The translations under genes were made by a program, and so were the position numbers. A stretch of DNA of 64,000 nucleotides from a virus. The stretch spans positions 72,954 through 136,953 of the IMG/VR virus record IMGVR_UViG_3300008952_002784. One strand, given 5' to 3'. How positions within the stretch are numbered: position 1 is the stretch's first letter; every line of letters begins with the position of its first letter. Under the pieces are notes generated by a model that saw nothing but the letters and a program-made list of their open reading frames with translations, did no database searches and had not been told where the DNA came from. Positions 47,236-57,043 of this stretch are shown here, one piece after another.

Positions 47236-48606
47236 ATGAGTACAAGACTAGACCAACAGCCAAAAAACCCTGCAGATCGAAGAAGATCTGGTTATGAGGG
47301 TACAGATATACCGGGTGACATAACAATCCCTCCCTGTACAATTGAAGATGTAGACAGATCTGTCTTCAATCTTTTTAACGAATCAATACCACTTCAGTAT
47401 GAAAAGTCAGGTGTAGTAAAGAGAACACCGGTAATTTATGCTTCTGGCGAGAGGTTTGCTGTGCTTAGAAGAAAAGAACCGCTAAGAGATAAGAATAATG
47501 CACTTATTCTCCCGCTAGTGTCTATTATGAGAACAAGCGTAACACAAGAAGTCCAAAGAGGCATGGGACCTGGTGAAGGAAGCCCAATAACTATTAAGCG
47601 TCGTCTTAATGAATCTGATCCCGTATACAAAAGATTGAAAAATCTGCATGGATTTGCTAATCAAGATAATTTAGCATCATCAGAGCATAGAACAGGTCAC
47701 TCACCAGAAAGACCCGCTGGTCCATACTCCACGGGCTCAAACCCGGGTACTGTAGCGTCTAGAAGGTCACCATCAGGGCCTACTACCAATACACGATCTG
47801 GAAAAATTCTAACTCCAAATTTGGGATCCTCAATAGTAGAAATTATCGAGATTCCACCTACGAAATTCTTCAATGTAACGTATGATGTTACATTTTGGGC
47901 ACAGTATACACAGCAAATGAATGATATGATCATGGCAATGATGTCTGTTTATCAAGACAATAGAAGACGAACATTCAAATTGGAGACTGATAAGGGCTAC
48001 TGGTTTGTTGGTTACGTCGGATCTGATATTTCACCGGGTAACAATTATGATGATTTCACAGACAACGAAAGATTAGTAAGATATAGCTTTGAGATTCAAG
48101 TCGCCGGATATATGATAGCACCTGACTATTCCGGAGCACCCCCAGTTTTGAGAAGATACGTCTCAGCACCTGATATTACATTTGATGTTACGTCATTTGG
48201 CGGCAATTTGATAGGTACACCCGTACATGGACCTTTTAGTGGCGATCCGACTAGTTATATGCTTGATGACTTAGCTGCAGAGGACGATCCACTCCCGGGA
48301 AGTGGCATTGGCAGGTCATCGTTAGGCTCTGCAAGAAGTGCTATTGGTGATCCTGTTTTAGGAGCAACATATGCAGGATCCGACCTTAGGGGCATCGGGT
48401 CTAGAGCACCGACAGCTGAATCAACATCAGTAGGCGGACACACATCAGGCCCCAGTAGAGTTGATATTATTAGAATTACTAAGGATCCTTTTACCGGAAA
48501 GACAATTAGATCCATAGTCAAAGTTAAAACAAGGAACCAAAGGCAAGGAGAGACGGTATATTCTTCAGCTATTCCAATTAATCTTGGAATTTTGCTGCCA
48601 GACTGA
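47236..48606 (+). CDS. Tail terminator/sheath stabiliser (T4 gp15-like)
   Basis: PVIYASGERF, LPLVSIMRT, P..FNVTYDVTFW....QMN; position before the sheath genes. Confidence 0.7.
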   Translation: MSTRLDQQPKNPADRRRSGYEGTDIPGDITIPPCTIEDVDRSVFNLFNESIPLQYEKSGVVKRTPVIYASGERFAVLRRKEPLRDKNNALILPLVSIMRTSVTQEVQRGMGPGEGSPITIKRRLNESDPVYKRLKNLHGFANQDNLASSEHRTGHSPERPAGPYSTGSNPGTVASRRSPSGPTTNTRSGKILTPNLGSSIVEIIEIPPTKFFNVTYDVTFWAQYTQQMNDMIMAMMSVYQDNRRRTFKLETDKGYWFVGYVGSDISPGNNYDDFTDNERLVRYSFEIQVAGYMIAPDYSGAPPVLRRYVSAPDITFDVTSFGGNLIGTPVHGPFSGDPTSYMLDDLAAEDDPLPGSGIGRSSLGSARSAIGDPVLGATYAGSDLRGIGSRAPTAESTSVGGHTSGPSRVDIIRITKDPFTGKTIRSIVKVKTRNQRQGETVYSSAIPINLGILLPD

Positions 48607-48638
48607 TTTACTAGTATGGAACTTTGGACCACATCGCG

Positions 48639-48645
48639 ATACTTA
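48639..48645 (+). promoter_or_regulatory. Putative late promoter motif ATACTTA (sheath 1)
   Basis: Intergenic copy of the recurring motif. Confidence 0.6.
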
Positions 48646-48680
48646 TCATAGAATGATTCGCGTCTAAGGAGAGATATTCA

Positions 48681-51600
48681 ATGGCTGAACAGACATTTAA
48701 GTCACCTGGATTTTTTGAACAGGAAATTGATTTGTCCGCAACCCGGGCAACCCCGCTAGGAACACCTGCTGGTGTTATCGGTACTTCAGAAAAAGGTCCT
48801 GCATTCGTACCTGTTACTGTTGGATCCTATGCGGATTTTGAGTCTAAGTTTGGAACGCTAGATTCTAATAGATTTGGGCCCTATGCGGTACGAGAATTTC
48901 TAAAATACAAAAAATCTGCAACGTACCTTCGAGTTTTAGGTGCAGGTGCAAATTCAACAACAGCAGATATTACAACTACACGTAATAAGGGTACAGTGAA
49001 AAATGCTGGCTTTTATGTAGGTGGTACAGCAACAACATCAATGGGCTCAGCCGGCGGGCATCGTGGAGTAGTCCAATTTCTTTGTGCAGAGCACTCAGTT
49101 AATTTCGCTCACGAACAAGCTGGATATCCTGTTTTTAGTGATAATGACTCATTTACAGGAAAATTTGGATCCAGATCAGCAGATGGTACTGTCAATCTAG
49201 TACGTGCTGTATTATTCACAACTACAGGCTCTAGATTTGAAGTTATCGACGGAAATCAACGTTATACTGATGCAGGAGGTCTAACAGGTCTTTCTGATGC
49301 AAACGGCGGGATGGACGATCTTGCAGGAATATATGATTTGGGATTGGGAGATCCTCGAACTGCCACAGGTGCAGGACACTTCAAACTAGTACTATCATGC
49401 TCTGCAGGTACTTCTTTTGCTAATGATGAATCAGCAAGCGGAAGAAGAATATATACAGCATCACTAGACCCTAGTGACAAGAACTATGTTGGAAAAATTC
49501 TCAACACAGATCCATGGAAATTTCAAGAGCAGCAGCATTTACTCTACTTGGACTTTGCTGTTGAAAATGAATTAGCTTCAGGCTCACTAAATCCAGGATC
49601 AGTAGCACTACTTTCTGGATCAACATCTACCACATCCACCGGTGGAGATACATCTACACAGTTCTTGCAACTGTTTGGTAGATATGATACTAGATATACG
49701 ACACCACAGACGCCAGAAATTATTTCACAGCCATACGGCAAGACTGAGTACGATCTCTTTCGTTTTGAGACTATATCAGATGGTGCTTGGGGAAATGACA
49801 AAGTAAAGATTAGTATTGCCAATCTACGTGCGTCATCTGATCCTAAAAACAAGTACGGAACATTTGATGTTCAAGTAAGGAAGTTTGACGATACTGATTT
49901 GAATACTCAAATAGTTGAACACTATCCTAAGTGCACCTTAGATCCCAATGATGAAAGATATATTGCTCGTCAAATTGGCGACAAGAAGGTTTATTATAAC
50001 TTCGACGCAGACGAACCAGACGAGCGTCGCTTAGTAATACATGGAAAATATCCAAACAGATCTAATAGAATAAGAGTTGTTATGAATAGCAAGCTGGAGG
50101 CTGGTGAAGTACCTCAAGAGGCATTGCCATTCGGCTTCAGGGGCGTCCCAGTACTCAAGACGTCAGATACTCTTACAGATTTAGGTCACTTAGCACTCAA
50201 GAATGAGCACAATATTTCGATTGGTGAGACACATTCAGCATCAAATACTAGACTTTCATGCTCAGGTTCAACAAATCTGACAGGATCAATCGTTCCGCCA
50301 TTACCATTTAGATTCAAAGTAACACGAGGTGATGTTAGTCAAACTCATTCAGGTTACGTGGGACAAACAGGTACTAATGAAAGGGTTGATTCTAAGTTAT
50401 ACTGGGGTGTGAAGTTTGAAAGAATGCCAGTATCATCGTCATCACCAAGCGGTGACTTTAGTAATTCATGTTTGAACTCTAATGTAGCAGCACTGCCAAA
50501 CCCGCTAATTAAGGCATATTCAAAGTTTGGAGGCATTGCCAAGCTTGATACAGTAGTTACGGGCGGCGCAGCAGATAACTTCAACAACAATAAATTTACA
50601 CTAGCGAGAGTAGCGCTTTACAACCAGTTACAAAGTGGACATATTACACATGTTTCCGGGACAGCAAAAGAGCACATGTTGGAAGCTGCATATATAAGAA
50701 ACGGTCGTCCGGATCCAAACACATATACAGTCGATGATCCCAATAACTTCTCTAGAGTAACACTGGCAACGCTAGTTCATTCGTCTTCGACGGTATTCAA
50801 TAGATTCACAGACTATCTCAAGTTCAGTACAATGTTTTACGGCGGCTTTGATGGACTTAACATCTTAGATAAAGATAGCCACTTGATGAGAGACCGCGCA
50901 GCGTCCATGGATACAGGGGGTAAAGCAACAACTGCAACTCCCAATATTGGATTATTTACACATGTCGCAGGATCAGGAAGAAACAACAATGTAGTTAGCT
51001 CTTACAAGCGAGCTGCACAAATTCTAACAGATCCTTTAGCGTCTAGAATTAACGTTCTGGCCATCCCGGGTATTCGAGATTCTTTTGTAACAGATCATGT
51101 ACTTTCTTATGTAAAAGATTATGGCATGGCCATTTATCTTATGGAGATGCTCAACTATGACGTTGATGCTACACGTCTATACGATGATTCAAAAACAAAA
51201 GTAAACGTACAGGAAACAGTCGAACAATTTGATAGTCGTTCAATAGATAATAACTACGCAGCTGCATACTTTCCAGATGTCAGAATAAATGATCCCGTCA
51301 ATAACAGACATGTAAAAGTACCTGCATCTGTTGTGGCATTGGGAGCACTGGCCTATAATGACAAAGTATCATTCCCATGGTTTGCACCTGCAGGATTCAA
51401 TAGAGGTGCACTAGATAACGTCAAGAATGTTTCTGTTAGGCTTAATGCTGCTGATCGCGATGATTTGTACGATGGGAGAATCAACCCGATTGCTGTATTC
51501 CCTAATGGGGGTCACGTAATCTTTGGTCAAAAGACACTCCAACAAGCAAAGTCTGCACTAGACAGAGTAAACGTAAGAAGGCTTTTACTTGAAGTTAAAA

Positions 51601-51875
51601 GACTTATCGTTAATGTTGCTAGAGGTCTATTGTTTGAACAGAATACACCTGAGACACGTGCGAGGTTTGTCAATCAGGCAGCACCTCTTCTTGCACTAGT
51701 CCAAGCTCAAGCGGGAATTGAATCCTTTAGGGTTGTCATGGATGACACTAATAACACAGAGGCAGATAGAGAATCAAATAGATTGAACGGAAGAATAATA
51801 ATTGTTCCTACTAGATCGATTGAGTTTATATCAATCGACTTTGTGGTCACAAATAGTGGGGTTTCATTCGAGTAA
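48681..51875 (+). CDS. Tail sheath protein 1
   Basis: SPGFFEQEIDLS, KGPAFVP, PWFAPAGFNRG, RINPI, FGQKTL, DRVNVRRLL, PTRSIEFI. Confidence 0.95.
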   Translation: MAEQTFKSPGFFEQEIDLSATRATPLGTPAGVIGTSEKGPAFVPVTVGSYADFESKFGTLDSNRFGPYAVREFLKYKKSATYLRVLGAGANSTTADITTTRNKGTVKNAGFYVGGTATTSMGSAGGHRGVVQFLCAEHSVNFAHEQAGYPVFSDNDSFTGKFGSRSADGTVNLVRAVLFTTTGSRFEVIDGNQRYTDAGGLTGLSDANGGMDDLAGIYDLGLGDPRTATGAGHFKLVLSCSAGTSFANDESASGRRIYTASLDPSDKNYVGKILNTDPWKFQEQQHLLYLDFAVENELASGSLNPGSVALLSGSTSTTSTGGDTSTQFLQLFGRYDTRYTTPQTPEIISQPYGKTEYDLFRFETISDGAWGNDKVKISIANLRASSDPKNKYGTFDVQVRKFDDTDLNTQIVEHYPKCTLDPNDERYIARQIGDKKVYYNFDADEPDERRLVIHGKYPNRSNRIRVVMNSKLEAGEVPQEALPFGFRGVPVLKTSDTLTDLGHLALKNEHNISIGETHSASNTRLSCSGSTNLTGSIVPPLPFRFKVTRGDVSQTHSGYVGQTGTNERVDSKLYWGVKFERMPVSSSSPSGDFSNSCLNSNVAALPNPLIKAYSKFGGIAKLDTVVTGGAADNFNNNKFTLARVALYNQLQSGHITHVSGTAKEHMLEAAYIRNGRPDPNTYTVDDPNNFSRVTLATLVHSSSTVFNRFTDYLKFSTMFYGGFDGLNILDKDSHLMRDRAASMDTGGKATTATPNIGLFTHVAGSGRNNNVVSSYKRAAQILTDPLASRINVLAIPGIRDSFVTDHVLSYVKDYGMAIYLMEMLNYDVDATRLYDDSKTKVNVQETVEQFDSRSIDNNYAAAYFPDVRINDPVNNRHVKVPASVVALGALAYNDKVSFPWFAPAGFNRGALDNVKNVSVRLNAADRDDLYDGRINPIAVFPNGGHVIFGQKTLQQAKSALDRVNVRRLLLEVKRLIVNVARGLLFEQNTPETRARFVNQAAPLLALVQAQAGIESFRVVMDDTNNTEADRESNRLNGRIIIVPTRSIEFISIDFVVTNSGVSFE

Positions 51876-51923
51876 TGAATACCTATAATATGAAATTAAG
51901 ATCTACAGTTAGGAGCGAACAGA

Positions 51924-54900
51924 ATGGCTGAGCTTACCTTTAAAAGCCCTGGTATAAGTACCCGAGAGATAGACCTAAGCGGTCCCACCACAATATCTCC
52001 ACAAGGAACACCCGCCGGGATCATAGGAACATCACTTAAGGGTCATGCCTTTGTTCCAATCACAGTTGCAACCTATCAGGATTTTGTAGCTGAATTTGGA
52101 GGAACGGACGGTGAAAAGTTTGGTCCTTTAGCAATGAGAGAGTGGATGAGAAGTGCACGGGCGGGAACATATGTTAGAGTTCTTGGTGTTGGGGACGGAA
52201 AGAAAAGATCAACTTCTGGTGATAACACAGGAAGAGTAAATAATGCAGGATTTACAGTCGGGCAAAGATTAGTTCAAGCTAACGGAAATGTCAGCGACAA
52301 TACATATGCAGGCTCAACTAATGCTAACGGTGGTGCACTCGGTAGGTCATACTTCTTGGGGTGCTATTTATCTGATTCTAACGGCTCTACAGTGCTCAAG
52401 GGAGCAGGAATTACTGGCAAATCAATATTAGGTGCGTCAGGTTCGCATCCGATGGTCCGAGGTGTACTTTTTGCGCCCTCCGGTGTTTTACTAGCACTTT
52501 CATCAACAGCAGTTGGTGTAGGCACAAATGATCCCGTAACAAATCTTGCAGCGTATAGTACGTTTGGCGCTTCAGCTAATGCAGGATCTGCCATAGGCTC
52601 AGTCAACTTATCAAACTCAAATCAGAACTTTGTAATGTTGCTCAACGGACATTCAGCTACTGATGAATATCCGTCAATTTACTCAGCCTCATTCGACCCG
52701 GATGCTGCACAATATTTCCACAAAGTATTCAATACTGATCCAGCAAAAATTGAAAAAGCTGGACATTATCTATACGCACATTGGAATTCATATCAGTCAC
52801 ATACAACTCTGACCGGATCCGGAATCACTGCGGGAATTGCGCCGACAGGATCTCTCCATGAAGCAGCATTCCTTCTTTCAGGAACACAAGGTAGAAACGC
52901 AGGAACAACTTCAGTACCTAACTTCGAAGGCTTTGAAGAAAGGTATCAAGCAGCCTTCTCCCCATGGATCGTTTCTCAAAAGTTCGGTGGACAAAGAAAG
53001 AATCTTTTCAAGTTTCATGCACTAGACGATGGAGCACGAGGAAATGATCTTTATAAGATTACTGTAGAAAACGTCGCTGGATCAAGCAATGAAAACAACA
53101 AGTACGGAACATTTGATATTCTAGTTAGAGACTTTAGAGATTCTGACGCTGAACCACGTGTATTTGAATCATTCAGAGCACTATCACTAGATCCGACAAG
53201 CGATAGATACATTGCTAGAATCATAGGCGACATGAATATGTACTATGACTTTGATCAAAAAGCAGGCGCACAGAAATTAAGAATTGAGGGCACACACCCT
53301 AATAAATCATCATACGTAAGAGTTCAAGTATCAGATGATGTTGATGATGTAAATATTGATGCAGCTTCACTTCCTGTAGGATTTCGCGGACATCATCACT
53401 TAGTAACAAGCGGTTCCGGAATTCTAGAAGGTTACCACGTAGCTGCACATCATACAACGCAGGATAAGCTAAATAGAGCAGTACAGATGCCAGTTCCTTT
53501 CCGTGATCACTTACGATTAGGAGTGCAACCACGTGCACGCATCAACGCTGGTTTTACTTGGGGCGTTCAGTTTGAAGTAAAAGATAGCTTAGATGAACCC
53601 AACAAGAATCAAAAATTAGACGAGGGCATTAGGTCATATACCAAGTACTTCCCTATGATGCACACTGAGTGGCAAAATGCTATGGTTGGTGACAACGCAG
53701 GCGCAGCTGATAGTAGCGGTGTGATCTTAGACTCTGATAGATTCAATAACGGCTTATTTACTCTTGAAAATATTCAAGTTGTCACGAACTCTAGTGATCT
53801 GCCTGATCCTCTTCGCTGGGGAGCTTCTTCTTATAGACGTGATGCAATTGCATCAGGATCACTCCAAGATACAGACGGATCTGTATATACAAATACCCGA
53901 TTCTTTGACCCAGACAAGGACTTTACTCATCTACCCACTAGAAAATATCTGAAGTTCAGCCTTTTCATGCAGGGCGGATTTGATGGCTTCAATATGTTTG
54001 ACAAAGAAAAGACTAAGATGTCTGATACAGCAGTTCGACGAGAAATGACTGATACATCTGGTCAAGGTGGAAAAGAAGGTCCGTCTATTGCATCATATCG
54101 AAAAGCAATCGATGTTATGGAAGAAAAATCAGACGTTGATATTCAACTTCTTGCAATCCCTGGACAGAGACATGAAGCAGTTACAGATTATGCAATCGAC
54201 TCAGTAGAATCTAGATTTGATGCATTACTCATTATGGACGTTGAAGAAAAAGATAACGTCAATGCATTCATTACAGGATCTTCGCAAATACCGAATGTTT
54301 CAAATACAGTAACTAGATTTGAAGCAAGAAATCTAGATAGTTCTTTTGCTGCAGCATATTATCCAGATGTCGTAATGGTTGATCCTGCTACAAATACAAA
54401 CGTTGTATGCCCACCTTCAGTTGCTGTACTCGGTGCATTTTCTAGAAACGATGCTGTTGCACATCCCTGGTTTGCTCCAGCAGGATTTTCTAGAGGAGCA
54501 CTCAATGTAATAGAGTCTCAAGTCAAGCTCAATAGATCAAACTTGGACGCACTATACGAAGCAGACATCAACCCACTAACTTCTTTCCCACACTCCCAGG
54601 GGGTTATCGTTTTCGGTCAGAAAACACTTCTAGCTGCACAATCCTCGTTGGATAGAGTAAATGTTAGAAGGCTTCTGATTGATGTTAGAAGAAAAGTTCG
54701 TAAGGTTGCTAATACAATACTCTTTGAACCAAATCGTGCTTCTACTTTGGCAAGATTCTCTGCTGCTGTAACACCGATTCTTACAAGAATTCAACAGCAA
54801 CAAGGTCTAGATAGATTCAAAGTTCAAATTGACACTTCAACAACGACACAGTCAGATGTTGAAAATAACACAGTTCGAGGGAAGATCTTCCTTCAGCCCA

Positions 54901-54962
54901 CAAGATCAGTTGAGTTTATCGCCCTCGACTTTGTCGTTACAAATCAAGGTGCAGACGTATAA
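51924..54962 (+). CDS. Tail sheath protein 2 (paralogue)
   Basis: SPGISTREIDLS, PWFAPAGFSRG, FGQKTL, DRVNVRRLL, PTRSVEFI. Confidence 0.95.
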   Translation: MAELTFKSPGISTREIDLSGPTTISPQGTPAGIIGTSLKGHAFVPITVATYQDFVAEFGGTDGEKFGPLAMREWMRSARAGTYVRVLGVGDGKKRSTSGDNTGRVNNAGFTVGQRLVQANGNVSDNTYAGSTNANGGALGRSYFLGCYLSDSNGSTVLKGAGITGKSILGASGSHPMVRGVLFAPSGVLLALSSTAVGVGTNDPVTNLAAYSTFGASANAGSAIGSVNLSNSNQNFVMLLNGHSATDEYPSIYSASFDPDAAQYFHKVFNTDPAKIEKAGHYLYAHWNSYQSHTTLTGSGITAGIAPTGSLHEAAFLLSGTQGRNAGTTSVPNFEGFEERYQAAFSPWIVSQKFGGQRKNLFKFHALDDGARGNDLYKITVENVAGSSNENNKYGTFDILVRDFRDSDAEPRVFESFRALSLDPTSDRYIARIIGDMNMYYDFDQKAGAQKLRIEGTHPNKSSYVRVQVSDDVDDVNIDAASLPVGFRGHHHLVTSGSGILEGYHVAAHHTTQDKLNRAVQMPVPFRDHLRLGVQPRARINAGFTWGVQFEVKDSLDEPNKNQKLDEGIRSYTKYFPMMHTEWQNAMVGDNAGAADSSGVILDSDRFNNGLFTLENIQVVTNSSDLPDPLRWGASSYRRDAIASGSLQDTDGSVYTNTRFFDPDKDFTHLPTRKYLKFSLFMQGGFDGFNMFDKEKTKMSDTAVRREMTDTSGQGGKEGPSIASYRKAIDVMEEKSDVDIQLLAIPGQRHEAVTDYAIDSVESRFDALLIMDVEEKDNVNAFITGSSQIPNVSNTVTRFEARNLDSSFAAAYYPDVVMVDPATNTNVVCPPSVAVLGAFSRNDAVAHPWFAPAGFSRGALNVIESQVKLNRSNLDALYEADINPLTSFPHSQGVIVFGQKTLLAAQSSLDRVNVRRLLIDVRRKVRKVANTILFEPNRASTLARFSAAVTPILTRIQQQQGLDRFKVQIDTSTTTQSDVENNTVRGKIFLQPTRSVEFIALDFVVTNQGADV

Positions 54963-54977
54963 AAAGTTTGCTAGGTG

Positions 54978-54984
54978 ATATTTA
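54978..54984 (+). promoter_or_regulatory. Putative late promoter motif ATATTTA (tail tube)
   Basis: Intergenic copy of the recurring motif. Confidence 0.6.
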
Positions 54985-55016
54985 CTTACATCAGATGAGA
55001 TTTTAGGAGATTCCAG

Positions 55017-55505
55017 ATGGCCGAGACACTTTCAGTTTCAGATATGCTACCCAATAAATTTGAACCAAAAAGAAAATTTAGGTGGGTATTTGCAGTAGAG
55101 GGCCTTGACGCCTTTCTTATGAAAACTGCAGCACGCCCAACAATAAATACAGGTGAGATTGAGATTCCTTATATGAACTCTACTCGCTACATAGCGGGAA
55201 AAACTAAGTTCGATGCTCTAAGTGTAACGCTTCATGATCCAATCGCTCCCTCAGGTGCACAACAGGTTATGGAATGGGTAAGAACACATTTTGAGTCAGT
55301 TTCAGGTCGCGGCGGCTATGCTGATTTCTATAAGCGTGATTGTCAACTCAAGCTATTAGATCCCGTAGGTACTGTTGTAGAGCTCTGGGATATCAAGGGA
55401 GCATACTTGACATCAGCTGCCTTTGGTGATCTAGATTACGGTTCAGAAGATCCTGCAGAAATATCACTCACAATTCGCTTTGATAATTGCGTGCTGCAAT
55501 ACTGA
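55017..55505 (+). CDS. Tail tube protein (T4 gp19-like)
   Basis: FEPKRKFRW, AARP, YIAGK, EWVR, YKRD..L.LLDPVG..VE.W; follows the sheath genes. Confidence 0.92.
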   Translation: MAETLSVSDMLPNKFEPKRKFRWVFAVEGLDAFLMKTAARPTINTGEIEIPYMNSTRYIAGKTKFDALSVTLHDPIAPSGAQQVMEWVRTHFESVSGRGGYADFYKRDCQLKLLDPVGTVVELWDIKGAYLTSAAFGDLDYGSEDPAEISLTIRFDNCVLQY

Positions 55506-55534
55506 TGTAGTTGTACAACTAATTAGATACTAGT

Positions 55535-55572
55535 GGTGCCCTCTTCTATATTCAGTAGAAGAGGGCGCTTTT
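55535..55572 (+). terminator. Intrinsic terminator after the tail tube gene
   Basis: GGTGCCCTCTTCTA-loop-TAGAAGAGGGCGCT followed by TTT. Confidence 0.8.
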
Positions 55573-55639
55573 GTGTTTACATTGACTGTATAACTGAGAA
55601 TATTTGTCTCTAGACAACAATATTTTTCAGGAGAAGTAA

Positions 55640-56500
55640 GTGTCTGATACATCACGCGAATCAAGAAACGAAGTATTCACAGCATCTGATGCTAAAGCAG
55701 CCGGAATGCAAACAAGAAACGTCATGAGCGACGATTTTGGTTATGAAGTCCCAATTGAATCTGTACCTCTTCCATCTCGAGGAATTGTATATCCAGCTGA
55801 CTCTCCGTTATACGGAAAAGATACAGTTGACATTAGATCTATGACTGCCAGAGAAGAAGATATTCTAACTTCTAGAGCACTTATCAAGAAAGGGACTGTC
55901 ATAACACATCTAATCAAGTCTTGTCTTATCGACAAATCAATTGACGTTAATTCTATGATATCTGGTGATCGAAATGCTCTTATGACAGCACTAAGAATTA
56001 CAGGCTATGGAACAGACTATAAAGTAGAAGTAGATTGTCCAGCATGTAGTGAAAGATCTAAACAAGATTTCAATCTTGCAGAGCTTCCAATAAAGCGACT
56101 CGAGACTCAACCTGTCGCAGATGGCGCAAATCTTTTTGAATTCACACTACCTATTTCAAAAAAGAAAATTAGATTCAAGTTTCTTACAGGACAAGACGAA
56201 TCTGATATTACAATCCAAACAGAGCGCGCCAAGAAGCAAGGCGCTGCCGGAGAGAATCTTATCACTACACGTCTTAAACATTCAATCGTTGCTATAGAAG
56301 GGGTAGCAGATAGGACAAAGATTGGAATGTTTATTCGCAATATGCCAGCTAAAGATTCATTGATGCTTCGAAGGTTTATGGACGACAACGAGCCGGGCAT
56401 TGATATGAAGTCGTGGATGACTTGCCCACACTGCCTTGAGCATGCGGAGGTACGGTTGCCATTAGGTGCCAGCTTTTTTTGGCCTGACGCCAACAGATAA
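55640..56500 (+). CDS. Tail/baseplate-hub assembly chaperone with two CxxC motifs
   Basis: VPLPSRG..Y, MTAREEDIL, GDRNAL..LRI.GYG, CPAC and CPHC; ends FFWP; SD AGGAG before a GTG start. Confidence 0.75.
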   Translation: MSDTSRESRNEVFTASDAKAAGMQTRNVMSDDFGYEVPIESVPLPSRGIVYPADSPLYGKDTVDIRSMTAREEDILTSRALIKKGTVITHLIKSCLIDKSIDVNSMISGDRNALMTALRITGYGTDYKVEVDCPACSERSKQDFNLAELPIKRLETQPVADGANLFEFTLPISKKKIRFKFLTGQDESDITIQTERAKKQGAAGENLITTRLKHSIVAIEGVADRTKIGMFIRNMPAKDSLMLRRFMDDNEPGIDMKSWMTCPHCLEHAEVRLPLGASFFWPDANR

Positions 56501-56735
56501 AGAGTATTATCTTGAGGGCATATTTGTCCTAATGTACTACATGGGTTTTTCATATTCAGAAGCTTACACACTGCCTCTGTGGGAACGAAAGTGGTTCATT
56601 GAAAGGATACAAAAGGAGCTTAAGAGAAGCAACGGAGAGAATTCTAGAGCTGCTCATACCAACTCTGCAGAGTCTCGCGCATTAATGGGCCGACAACGAT
56701 CTCAGGTGCCAGCTAAGCTAAGAAGGTTCACATAG
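56481..56735 (+). CDS. Probable +1 frameshift extension of the chaperone (lambda gpT-like part)
   Basis: Overlapping +1 frame entered at a T7 run (56474-56480); no SD for an independent start; GFSYSEAYTLP..ERKWFI. Confidence 0.65.
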   Translation, partial: GLTPTDKEYYLEGIFVLMYYMGFSYSEAYTLPLWERKWFIERIQKELKRSNGENSRAAHTNSAESRALMGRQRSQVPAKLRRFT

Positions 56736-56783
56736 TCCACTATAGGCATATTTATGTATCGATGTACATTGTGGAGGGTTATC

Positions 56784-57023
56784 TTGAACATACTAACAAA
56801 AGCAGTTGCCAAATTCATCATCGGCGAGTCTACCGGTGTAAAGATTAGGGGCACCCCGGGTAAGATAAGGGTAACCAAAGACGTAATTTTAGCCTCGAAA
56901 GCTTTATACGAAGAGCTCAATTCTAGCGATCCGAAGTTAGACAAAGTTATTGATCTAATGAAAGCAAAGAATGATCGAGCATCTAAATTCATGAATACTA
57001 CTGGTTTGGTGTGGCGTTTATAG
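56784..57023 (+). CDS. Small basic hypothetical protein
   Basis: Probable TTG start at 56784 after SD GGAGG; ends TGLVWRL. Confidence 0.55.
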   Translation: MNILTKAVAKFIIGESTGVKIRGTPGKIRVTKDVILASKALYEELNSSDPKLDKVIDLMKAKNDRASKFMNTTGLVWRL

Positions 57024-57043
57024 TCTGCAATATCCACAGTGTG

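Noticed and set aside
56466-56480. GTG at 56466 as an independent start
   Set aside because: No properly spaced SD; entry by slippage on the T7 run explains the overlap better.
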